A DNA stretch of 64,000 bases. Source: a virus. The notes under the pieces were generated by a model. That model saw only the letters and a program-made list of their open reading frames with translations. It searched no databases and was not told the origin of the DNA. The position numbers and the translations under genes are program-made. The number at the start of each line of letters is the position of its first letter. Position 1 is the stretch's first letter. The stretch covers positions 32,702 to 96,701 of IMG/VR virus record IMGVR_UViG_3300025117_000050; one strand, given 5' to 3'. Of the stretch, positions 19,903-32,189 are shown one piece after another.

Positions 19903-22184
19903 ATTAAGAGGTATAATATTATGTCAAAACAAACTGATAGAGATGTAAGGATGGTTGGTTTAGTTATTGAGCAACAATTAAAAGAAAAGAACGAAATATT
20001 AAATATTTTAAAAGAGTTATATTATTGTTCTTCTAATCCTTGGACTGATGAACAAACACAAAGAAAATTAATTGCTCAGGTTAATGCAGAGGAAATTTTG
20101 AAAAAATATAATATGATCAATTAAAAATTTTACAATGAGGATATCATCATGCAAAAATTAAGAAACAATCGTAAACAAAAAGGTTTATAATATATATTGT
20201 GGTGAAAAGATGGATAGAGAAGGAATCCATTGTACGTCTTGCAATAAACAATATAATATATGGGAAAATGAATACAGAACAATTCTAATTGAAAATTCTT
20301 TATGTCCTCAATGTGGTGAGCAATTAGATCGTGAAGGTTTATTTTGCTCAGAATGTTGTAAAAATTCTAGATTTAAGGCAAGGATTAGAAATGCAGAGAG
20401 AAGAGCGTTAGGTTTATGCGTTCAATGTGGAGAGAAAGCAGAAGAAGATAGGTCATACTGTCGTAGATGTTTGGATGCGAGAATGGATAGGTATAGGAAG
20501 AAGAAAGGAGGATAAATATGATTTTGATTGTAAAAAATTATTTACATACTAACAAAACAGAACCAGTTAGATTGTGTTTTACAGAAATTGAAGCACATCA
20601 ATGGATAAAAGAAAATGAACCAGAAATAGGTATTGTGTATAGGTATATAAATTATTAGATGATCAAAATAGTATTTATATTGAAATTTAACAAATATATA
20701 AAGGAGAGAATATTATGATAAGATTAAGAGATATTTATTTAAATGAAGGAGAATTATTAGTCGTTTATTTAAAATGTTTTGATGGTACATTTGAGAGAGT
20801 AGAAATAAGTGTTGATAAAGATTGCAATAAAGAAATTAAACATGGTATAAGTGTTACTGGAAGATGTATTTTAGGATTAAATAATAATTATAAAAAGGAG
20901 AATAATCTATGAAAAATAAATGCGAATGTTGCGATAAACTTGTAGAGCAAGAATGGGAATTATTTCAAAGTGGAAATTGTAAAATTTGTGGTGATTGTGC
21001 TATTAAAGAAATTATGATAGTTCATGGTGTTTCTGAAAATGAAGCATATCATATTCTTGAGAGAATTCAATTTGGAAATGGATATGGGTATTAAGGAGGT
21101 TAATAGGCATGGAAGATATGATTAAACAAACTAATTCTATTAATAAATGTATTTGTCCGTATTGTAATGTAATGTTTTATGTTTACCCACCACCAGCACA
21201 TGGTCAGGATAAAATTATAGTATGTTCTTCATGTAAAAAAAGAAATTAAAGTTACAGCTACAATTGAATTTACGTGCTATACTATTAAAGACCAATCAAA
21301 ATCTACAACTCCTGTGATGAAAGAAAATAAATGTAATGATTATGACTATGAAAGAGAAATGTATTTAGCAGGACATAGGGATGCTTATAGGAATTTTGCA
21401 AGAAAAATATTTTAAGGAGAAAATTATTATGGAGATAAATGAAATAGAAAAACATTTAATTACTATATATGGAGAGAATGTATTTGAAGAAATGTTTAAT
21501 GAAGTTAAGTATTTAAAGAAATATTCAAATATTACTTTTGACCAAAAATATATAAAACTAAGTTTATCTTTTTGTGCTATAAAAGCAGAGCAAATAATTA
21601 ATGGTGAAAAGAAAAAATGTAGTTTACGGTCATTGGTTAGTGAAAGTTTTGGAGAGGCAGAAATATATAGGAGTAATGTTTGTGGTGGTGTATTGTAATT
21701 TATAAACGAAGATATGTTTTAAGGAGGATTTTAATATGAATGCAATTAAAGCAAGAATATTATTAGAACAAATAAAACCAACTCATCTAAATAATAAAAA
21801 TATGACAGAAACAATTAACCTAGCAATTCAAGCATTAAATAAACAAATACCAACAAGTCCAAAAATACAATCTTATTGCCCTGCGCTATGTCCTTCGTGT
21901 GGTAATGAATTGAGTGAAGATTTAGATGATGGGTATTATAAACATTATTATGGTTTAAGTATTTGCGAGTGTGGACAAAAATTGAAATGGAGTGATTAAT
22001 TAATTTAGGAGGAAATTTATATGACTGATGAATTATATGATGATTTAAAATTATTCGTATTAGTTAGAGATTATCTTAAAAAAGATAGTCAAAAATGTAT
22101 TAGAAATATTGGTGCATGTAACGAATGTGGTTTATGTTGGATGAGTGAAGATGAAATATTTTATCTTTTAGGGTATTTTAATGC

Positions 22185-22213
22185 TTGACAAATTAACAAA
22201 ATATAAATATAAT
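22185..22213 (+). promoter_or_regulatory. Consensus sigma-A promoter
   Basis: TTGACA-17 bp-TATAAT. Confidence 0.8.
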
Positions 22214-24922
22214 AATAAACAAAAGAAGGAGTAAATAAATATGAACAAACAAATTAGATTCTTAAAATGTAGTAATTGTGGATATGAAGATAGTTCTATT
22301 CTTACAATGTCTTTACCTATCGGGAATGGCATATTAAAATGTCATAATTGCAAAGAAGAAGTTAAATTTAATGAATTTTATTGTGAACAAGGCAAAGGAA
22401 TGACATTTAAAGAATATGCTGAATTACTTAAATACATAGTAGATAATCATGGGTGGAGAAATTTTCTTAAAGAAGGTTCAAAACATATCAAATATATGAG
22501 AAATTCATTTGATACTAGGACGAATTTAATATTTTCTATTCAATTAGATAATGAGGATTTTACAATTGTAAATCAGAATAGACATAGAAATTTAAAAGAA
22601 TGGATTTATGAGTATTTGAAAAGTTAATAGAATAATAAATATAAAGGAGATTCAATGGATAATATAATCAATAATTTTATTTGTAGTAAGTGTAATGGAA
22701 CATCTGTATTTATTAAAAAGACTAATACACAAACAGGTTTGTATTGTTCTAAATGTGGTAAGTGGATTAAATGGTTAGGAAAAGAAGAAATTAGGTTATA
22801 TGAAAGACAATTGGAAATAGACAAAATGAAGTCTGAAGTAGTTATGGAAGTAGAAGAACCTGAAATATAAATTAGTTTATCGCAATTTAGTAATGAAGAA
22901 TTGATTGATGAAATTAGAAAAAGAATGAATTAAAATATTAAAAAAATAAAGGAGAAAAATACATATGAACGACAATGATAATATTACTAGTATTTTTAGA
23001 GGAACAGTAGCAAGAAAAATATTTAGAGTTGTAAATAGATATTCACAATATAATATATACCATGATAAACCATACATACAAGGATATAAAGAGTTTATTA
23101 AACATGATATATTTTATAAGTGTGAAATAGAAAGACCACCGTTTGAAGCAGGTGAAAAGGTTTATATAAATGATCTTGATTTAACAGTTACAATTAAAGA
23201 AGCAATTAGAAGTACAAATGGAGAATATGTTTATAATACAGATTATTATTATGATATTATTGAAGATGAAAAAACTAAAGAATCTAAAATAGAAGCAGAA
23301 AAAATGTTAAAAGAAGAATTAATTAAATATAATGAATGTTTATCACAGCAATTAAAGCGAAATAAAAAGTGGTATCAGTTTTGGAAATAAATAGGAGGTA
23401 TACATATGACTAGAGAAGAAACAATTAATAAAATAAATGAAGTAAAAGCAATGAATTTACCACATATGAGTTATGCAAAACTAAAAGAATATTATGGTAA
23501 AATATCAGGATTCAAAGAAACAGAAGAAAATATTATAATAATGGATGAATATTTAAATAATTATCTCGATCCTAAAAATAAAGCATTTGAAAATGGATGT
23601 TGGTTTTGTGGTAATAAAGATGTATATTTATCTTGGGGAATAATTCATGGTGTCGCACATTCCAATTGTTGTGGATTATCATATAAGTGTTATCATTATT
23701 CAGATGATATTTGTGAAGATAAAAAGTTGTTTAATGGTAGAATAGATATAATTCTTCAATATCATCCTGATGGGTTTGAGATTGATGAAGAATGATGAAG
23801 AATAATGAATAATATGGAAAGGAAGAATATTATTATGCTCAAACAATTAGTAGAAAACATTAAAAATGCCAAAACAAATGAAGATATTAAGAAAGTATTG
23901 TGTGAAATGTATGTGGTAATACTATTGGATTCAAAAGTTAGAAAAGAATTTGATGAGTATATTAATAAAAATACATATTAAGATTAAAGGAGTGGCAGTC
24001 TTATTTATACATAAGAATATTTTTAAAGGAAAAGTATTAAGAAAAATATATTCTATAAGAAAAAATACATGCACTGAAAAAATTACACAAGAAGAATTTG
24101 TAGAATATAAAATATTAAATGAACGTGAAGAAGATAAAATCTATAGAATTGGAGAAAAAATTTATATCAACAAATTAGATGTAAATATTACAATTGAAGA
24201 TACAATTAAAAATACAAATAATGAATATATTTATTATACTAATTACATAAGTATAATCGAAGATGAAAAAAGTAAATTATCAGAACAAGAAACAAATAAA
24301 ATAATAAAAGAATATTTAGATATGGTTAAAAAGAAAGATAAAGAAAGAGAAGAAAGAATTAAACAATCAATGATTGAACCTATTAAAGAAGTAATGACAA
24401 ACGGATATTATTATATTGCTAGAGGTTATTTTAGTTACTGTGGAATACAAAAACCATATCTAACGCAAAGTATAATTGAAGCATATGATTTTAGTTGTCG
24501 TCATGATTATATTGATCATAGAAATTTATCTATAGACATTAGGTTTATGTTAGAAAAATATAGTATTCCAGATAAATTTGAATATAAAAAAATATACGAA
24601 AATGTATTTAATGAATTATGCGAAAAAGAAGGAAAATATATTGGAGAAAATGGATTACATGATTTTTATCCATATTATAAGAAAGATAATAAAGTGTATA
24701 CATATAAAGATTTAAATAAAACAAGAAATACAATATTACGCGCAACTGCAATTATAGAAGGGCAAGGATTTATGATTAAACATGGTTCCAAAGTAATAAG
24801 AAAAATAACAAAAAACAATTGTAATAATATAAATATGTATGCATTTAATTACTTAATTAAAATTTGTGATTATAATTTTTAAAAAATATTATATTATATA
24901 TTATTGAAAAGGAGAATATATT

Positions 24923-25084
24923 ATGAAAATTTTAATTGGTTATTGTAAATAATGTGGTTCACCTGTTTATAATACTGACGAATTAATTCCTGATTACAAA
25001 AATGTATTTGAATGTTCTAATTGTAGTCAACCACATGCAAAAGATGAATTGTGGGATGAAGTGCCATATTATATTGAGAAATAA
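24923..25084 (+). pseudogene. Zinc-ribbon ORF with TAA inside the CxxC motif
   Basis: AAGGAG RBS; MKILIGYCK*CGSPVY...FECSNCSQPH. Confidence 0.65.
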
Positions 25085-25492
25085 TTTAATGAATTGTCAC
25101 TTCTGTAATAATATTAGAAAGGAGGTTAGTAATCTGAAAGGAAAAATTAAATTAAAACTACATGATAGAGATTATACTAAATGGTTAGAAATATATCTTA
25201 AAATGGAAGATGAATGGTTTTATTGGCATTCTGGTACTATTGTTAGTCATTGGGATAAGACAGAGGAAGAATTCTATGATGCAGTAATTAAATATCTATC
25301 AGATGTTAATAATATAAAAATGTCTGGAGAAGAATTAATGAGAGAGGTTATTGAAAATAAAATGAAAAATGCAAAAAATAATAATAAAGATAAAATAGTA
25401 AAAGATATGTTAAAGAAACTTAAAGAACCAATTGAGATTGAAGTGAAAATGTAATAGTATAAAAAATAAATATAATAAAGGAGACATGTATT

Positions 25493-26345
25493 ATGAATTT
25501 AAATCACAAGGGTAGAAAAGTAAGGATTATCAACACTAAAGGTTTCATCAGAGATGATTATAAATATTTAGAAAAGTATATTGATCAAACAGGAATCATC
25601 AGATATGATTATGGGAAAGGTAGTGAACATAGATTATCAATTAAATTTGATGATGAAATATTAGATAATATAAATGATAATAATGGAAGATTATGTTTTA
25701 GGATTGATAGTGTTGAGTTTATTGATGATACATATGTGAAACCTTTAGAAAATGATAGTAAATTAAATATAAATCATGCTAAATTAGGTGATATTGTAGA
25801 ATTATCAAATGGTTTAAAAATGGAAATATGTGAAGATGAAAAATATCCACAATGCTATAGGACAGTGGATATATCTACAAAAGAAAATGTAACAACAATA
25901 ATATCAAAACATAGTTTGAAAACATATTGTATAGGTAATAAAGTTTGGGGGATATGGTTCAGATAAATTTAAAATAGTAAATATTAAACGTGAAGAACAA
26001 AAAGTTAAAAACAAAGATATTAAAGAAAAGAAAAATAAATTAGAATCAAAAACAAAACAAAAACCAACAAATAAAGTATATACATATGAAATGATGCCAC
26101 ATAAAATCAATTGGAAAATAACGCATAATGGTGAAATCATAAATCAAACGATTGATTCAGGCAATGAATCATATAAATTAATTATCAATGGAAATACTAC
26201 TATTGTTATTTTAGATGATGGATGCAAGGGTGTGGCAAAATGTTTACCTAGTAATGAGTATGATTTGGATAAAGGTGTAGATATCGCTTATACAAAAGCA
26301 ATTATTAAGAGTAATCAGAAAAAGTTAAAAGGATTAGTTAGATAA
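25493..26345 (+). pseudogene. One gene split by a frameshift at the G5 run near 25947-25951 (ORFs 25493 and 26091)
   Basis: The shifted frame GYGSDKFKIV... runs unbroken into ORF 26091, which has no RBS of its own. Confidence 0.55.
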
Positions 26346-26614
26346 AATAATTAATTAAAATAAAATTATGAAAAATTTAGGTAAAGAAGCGAAAGATAAA
26401 ATTACAGGATTTGAAGGTATCATTATTGGTAAGATTAATTATTTATTCGGTTGTGCTCAATATGGAATTGCACCAAAAAGCAAAGATGGAAAAATAAATG
26501 ATACTAATTGGTTTGACGAAGGAAGAATTGAAATTATCGGGAATGGTATTGTTCCTGAAGAAGTTAAGGTAGAAAAGAATGGTGGAGTGAATAGGGATTG
26601 TCCTAGATAGGTAC

Positions 26615-26643
26615 TTGACAGAATATAAATATAATCGTATAAT
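26615..26643 (+). promoter_or_regulatory. Consensus sigma-A promoter
   Basis: TTGACA-17 bp-TATAAT. Confidence 0.8.
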
Positions 26644-29503
26644 ATAATCAGTTATTAAATAATAAAACTTACGAAAGGAGGAAAATACATATGATTGATA
26701 TAGAACATAAAAACGAACCTAAAGTTAAAATTGATTTTGCTTACACTGACGAATTCGACAATAATAGTAGACTTATCAAAACACTTATGAAAGTAGATTC
26801 AAACATTCAAACTCAATTAGAATTATTAATAGAAGAATTTAAATGTTTTTTAATGGGTGTTGGATTTTCGCCTGAAACAGTTGATGCTATACAGATTGTA
26901 GAGAATTAGATTAAATATTAGAAAGGATAAATATGAATAAAATTATATTTGAAAATGGTAGTGAAGTAAAAATAGTTGAATCTGCATCTACTTTTAGAAG
27001 TAAGAGAAGTGAATTGATTAGTTTTTATTGTACAGAATGTAGAGATATGCATATAGATGTTCCTATATCAGAAATGTTGCATATTAAAGATGATATTTTT
27101 ATATGTAAAACAAGTTTTGAAAATAATTTATATCAATATTTTACTGAAGAATCATATTTATATTTACCACCGAAAGAAAATTAAGTTGTTATCAATCTTA
27201 TCTTTGGTTTTAATTTAATAAACAAAAAAAGGAGAAAATGAATATGTATAAAATTAAAATAGAAAATAATAATAATTCTAAAAAAATAGAAATACCAGAA
27301 ACACCATTCTTTCTATCTCATTGTGATGGTAAAAGTTATTATATTGTTTCAAAAAATTCAGATAAAGATAGATATTTATTAACTGCTGTTGACAATGGAA
27401 TTACATATGATAATAATTATGTAGGAAAACAAGTTTATAATAATTTAAATAATGGCACTTGGATATTGCATGAATCTAAAATTGTAATAATTTAATAAAC
27501 AAAAAAAGAGATTGAAAATATGTACGATTATTATGAAGAACCACCTTATTATGAACCAACTTTAGCGGATGAAATTTTAATAGAATATCAACAAAAAATG
27601 AAAGATGCTTTGTTAGATAGTGTTAAGTCACAAATTGAGAATATCAAGGATGAAAATGTAAGATTAAAAGAAGAAAATGGAAACTATAAACAACGTGAAA
27701 GAGATATTATAAATAAAGAAAATGATTTAAAATACAAAGAAGAAAATCTTAAAAGAGAAGTTACTAATGAATTTTATCAAAGTAATATTGGTGATACTTT
27801 AAAGCAATATGTAGAAGAGTGTGAAGTATGGTTTGCTGATATAAATCGTTATCAAAATGAAAAATGTAATTTATGTAACGAAGAAAGAAAATTAGTTGCA
27901 AATTTTCCAAATGGTGAAATTATTAAAACTGCATGTGCTTGTGCAAAAATGTTAAGTAAATATGTTCCTGCTATAAGCACAACTACAATGATTAAATTTA
28001 GTAAACGAGATAGTAGGTATTCTTCAGAAAGAATATTTTATTTTAGTAGAAGTTATTCTCCTAATAATGATAGAAATAGTTATGATTATGATTATCAAGA
28101 ATTTAAAATATATCATGTTGTTAATGAATTTAATGAAAGTATTATTGAATTGCATAAAAATAAATCATATGGCGAGAGACTAGGATTTAAAAGCAAAGAA
28201 GAATGTCAGAAGTATTGTGACTGGCTGAATAAAAAAGATGATAATTGCGAAGAAATTGAATTAGATGATGAATAAAAGGAGCATAAATACATGATCGTTA
28301 AAATAGGAAACACTTATTACAATTCCACAGAACAATTAATATTACTAATACTTAGCAAAGAAGAAAAATCTCATATTGCTAATATGGAAGAAAATAAAAA
28401 GAAATATTTATCTTTTCCTAGTGATTATAATATAAATAATGCTAAGATGATTTTAGAAAATGTACCTGAGTGGATACTTAAGTGTATTGATTGTTAGAAT
28501 ATAAAAATAAATAAGGTATAAAATAAATAGTAAAGGAGAATATATTATGTCAGAATATATAGATAAAGTAGTAAAAGTAATAAATACAGATGGATTTCAA
28601 TTTCAAGACAGTAATGAATTAGAAATGTACATAGGTAAAATAGGAATAATTAAAATTGATCATAATTATGGATTTAGAAATAGATTTATTGTAGAATTTT
28701 ATGATAAAAATGTAAATGATATTGATAATCAAAAAGGTAAAATATGTTTTGCTATAGATAATTTAGAGTTTATAGGTAAAAATGAAGAAAAAGATAAAGA
28801 AGATGTAAATGATAATACTTTACCAGATGATAATATAAATAAAAATAATTTGCAAGACATAATTAAACAAATGCTAAATGTAATAGGTGACTACGAAGGA
28901 AGTAAAATATCAATGGGTATTTGGCCTCCAAATGAAATATATTTTTTAGTTTATGAAACTGAAGCATTAATTGAAATAGATAAAAAAGAAAAATGTGCTT
29001 ATTTAAATACTGATACAATGACACATCATTTGACTAGTAGTATGTTAGATGAATTGAATCAGATTGTTAAAATAATTGATGATAATATTGATGTTATTTT
29101 AGAGTGTGTAAAATAGTAATACATTATAACGTATTATTATTAAATAAAATATAAAAAAGAAAAGGAGAAATGAAAACATGAACGAATTATTAACTAGTTT
29201 ATTGGAGAATCCAGAGGCATTAAAAGAAATGATTAAAGAACAAGTAGGTCAGTACAAACCATTAGTTTATATGATTGGGACAGAATTATTAGAAGTTTAT
29301 AAAGACTTCGCAAATAATACTGAATATTTTATTGTCAAAGCAAAAGTAAGAAAGAATCAATTTGATGCATATGTTGAAGTAGGATTTACAAAAGAACAAG
29401 CAATGATGTTTTTACTTGCTGATATGGATAGTATGAAAAAATCAATTAGTAATGTTACAAACAGTGTAGGGAATAAGAGTAAAAAAGAAAAATAAAATGA
29501 TAC

Positions 29504-29551
29504 ATATTATATGTTGTGGTTGATGTCTATTATAACCACAACATATAGTTA
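29504..29551. promoter_or_regulatory. Tandem NrdR-box-like pair
   Basis: ATATTATATGTTGTGG and CCACAACATATAGTTA, starts 32 bp apart. Confidence 0.55.
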
Positions 29552-30768
29552 AATGTTTGAATAAAATGAATGTTTTGAGATGAAACTAAAAAGGAGTAGA
29601 AATAATATGTCATTAAAACACTACAAATATAATAATAACCAATGTATTATTAATAATCATTCAGAATCATAAAATTATTAAAATGGTTTTTACATCATGG
29701 AGCAGAAAATTATTGTGGTGGAGATATTCCAATGTTTAATAATTTATATGATATGTTAGATGAATTAGATGTAATATATAAGAATTTTAATTATGAAAGT
29801 GACAATGAAGATGATTCTTATCTAATAAATGATGTTTCTGAATTAGAAGAATTCTTATTAAATAATATTAATGAAAATACATTAATTCCATCAGAAGATG
29901 AATATCCTATATTAGTATCATGGTATAGAGTGGAAAGTTTTGATAGACATGGAGATGTTAGTATTAAATTAATGAATTTTACTTCTATGAAGGAAATTAA
30001 AAGTGTGAATGATTTTATTGATGAATATAAAAAATAAATAGAATGGAGAAATAATATAAAACATGAATAAAAACTTTATAATCGAATGTATTGATATCGT
30101 AGAACAAATAAAATTAAATTCAATAGTAGCAATAACTAAGGATAACGAAGAATTAAAATATCAACTTAAATATGATGAAGAATTTAAAGATTTAAATTTA
30201 GAATGTTTAGACAAAGAAAATGAAATATGGGATTTTGGTGATACGATAGAAAATGTTAAAGAAGGGTTAGTATGTGATGCTGTTAGATATAAATATCAGA
30301 AAATAAGATTAATAAAGGAGGATTAATATTATGATTGATAAATCATGTTATACTTGTAAAAGTGCTAATTTATCAAAGGACAAATTTCCTTGCAATAAAT
30401 GTCATAATCAGAATAATTGGAGTTATAGATTCGATGTTCAATTATTATGTTTAGTCGGAGTAGGTATAATAGTTGCTGGATTTATATTGTTATAGTAATA
30501 ATAAAATAAGTTAATAAGGAGGAATAATACATAATATGAAAGTTAAAATTTTAAAAATTAAGAATAGTATTTCTAAAAGAAAAATTGGAGAAATAATTGA
30601 AGCAAAGAGACTTTATGAATTAACCAATGAAGAATTAGAAGAATCTATAGGTTATATTCCTAATGATGAATCGTTATGGGAGAAGAATGATATATTTATC
30701 CATGAAGAAGGAAATTATTATGTATATATGCTTGAAAATGAAATAGAGATTATTGGAGAATAATTTTA

Positions 30769-30816
30769 TTACTACATATAGTTATTATTATATTATTAAA
30801 TAACTATATGTAGTAA
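30769..30816. promoter_or_regulatory. Tandem NrdR-box-like pair upstream of the MTase-helicase operon
   Basis: TTACTACATATAGTTA and TAACTATATGTAGTAA, starts 32 bp apart. Confidence 0.55.
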
Positions 30817-30836
30817 AATATTCACATAGAAAAGAG

Positions 30837-32189
30837 ATGATTATTATAGGTAGTACAATTTATAGTGACCAAAAACTCATGTATTTTCCTACACAAGAAT
30901 ATGAGACACATAGATTATTAGCATTATTAGGAGATATTCAATTAGACTATATGCAAGAAAGATATTTGAAAGAATATGTATTTAGTAAAGAAGAATATAA
31001 TGAATTATTTATACAAAGTGCTAATAGTAGTGTCCCAATGAAATTTGTTCTATACGATAAATGGTTAAAAGAAAACAAATACGATTATATTAAATCATAT
31101 TTTACTATTAAATTTGGCAGTAAGGGAAATAATACTAATAGCAATGATAATTTTCCTATTACAATTTGTGATCCATTTTCTGGAGAAGGAAATTTCTTAG
31201 ATGTATTCAAGTCATTCATCCCTAAAAATGATTATGGCAGTGATATACTATTAATTGGAAATGAATTAGAGGAAAATCGTTTTAATTTTATAAAAGAAAA
31301 TATTAATATTGATGAAAAATATAATAAATCATTTGAAGAATTGAATTTACCTACTTCTAGTTGTAGTTTAATATTGTTCAATCCTCCATATGGATCGCAA
31401 TCAAATGGCATTCGTAATGTAAAATTCTACTTAAACCAAATCTTGGAAAGAAAACTACTCTATAACCCAACCACATCAAAAGATTATAAAACAGGTTATA
31501 TGGTATTTGTTATCCGCAAAGATGATTTTCTTGATAGTTTAGATATAATCTGTCAACATTTTAATGTATTAAAAAATGCAATCTATAAAGTAAATGCAGA
31601 AGAATATGCAAAATTTAAACAATATATTTTCATTGCTAGATTAAATAATAGACCATATGATTTAAATAATATCACAGATGCAATGGATTATAAAAATAAT
31701 TATAATGACATAAAAAGAATTATTGAATCAGAACCAGAATTTGAATTGTCAATGTACAATACATATAGGATGATGAATTATCCTTATATTGATTATCAAA
31801 CTTTAAAAGAGAATTATCAATATGTAGAAGTATCAAATAATTATATAAGTAAAAATGATAGTATATGGAAATGGGTAAAGGATATTACTGAATTAAAGAA
31901 TCTTGGTGAAGAAAAACTAACTGTACCTAAACCTTTAAAATTAGGTGAGATTGCAAATATATTGGCAAGTGGAATGATTAATGGAGAAATAGATTTAGAT
32001 GGAAAAGGAAAACATGTGGTTATAGGTGGTACTAAGAGTATTGAGAAGAAAGAAGTATCAAATTATAAAGATGATAATGGAGAGAAGATTACAGAGACAA
32101 AAATAATTAAGATGAGTTTACCTTATCTTAATATTTTATGTTCAGAAAATGGAGAATTGAAGATAAAAGAGTTAGGAGAAACTGAATAA
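30837..32189 (+). CDS. Amino (probably N6-adenine) DNA methyltransferase, DUF6094-like
   Basis: YFPT, DPFSGEG (SAM binding), GNELE, FNPPY; C-terminal PKPLKLGEIANILASGMING. Confidence 0.8.
   Translation: MIIIGSTIYSDQKLMYFPTQEYETHRLLALLGDIQLDYMQERYLKEYVFSKEEYNELFIQSANSSVPMKFVLYDKWLKENKYDYIKSYFTIKFGSKGNNTNSNDNFPITICDPFSGEGNFLDVFKSFIPKNDYGSDILLIGNELEENRFNFIKENINIDEKYNKSFEELNLPTSSCSLILFNPPYGSQSNGIRNVKFYLNQILERKLLYNPTTSKDYKTGYMVFVIRKDDFLDSLDIICQHFNVLKNAIYKVNAEEYAKFKQYIFIARLNNRPYDLNNITDAMDYKNNYNDIKRIIESEPEFELSMYNTYRMMNYPYIDYQTLKENYQYVEVSNNYISKNDSIWKWVKDITELKNLGEEKLTVPKPLKLGEIANILASGMINGEIDLDGKGKHVVIGGTKSIEKKEVSNYKDDNGEKITETKIIKMSLPYLNILCSENGELKIKELGETE

Larger units (their letters stand above)
18323..30763 (+). 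other. Long array of about 35 small hypothetical CDS, many with zinc ribbons, several paralogous, several disrupted
   Basis: ORF track plus RBS-led ORFs under 60 aa (e.g. 22021-22188); all co-oriented. Confidence 0.65.

Noticed and set aside
907-25084. Stop-codon reassignment suggested by in-frame stops
   Set aside because: Both TGA and TAA occur internally, all three stop codons end normal genes, and long genes are uninterrupted; pseudogenisation fits better.
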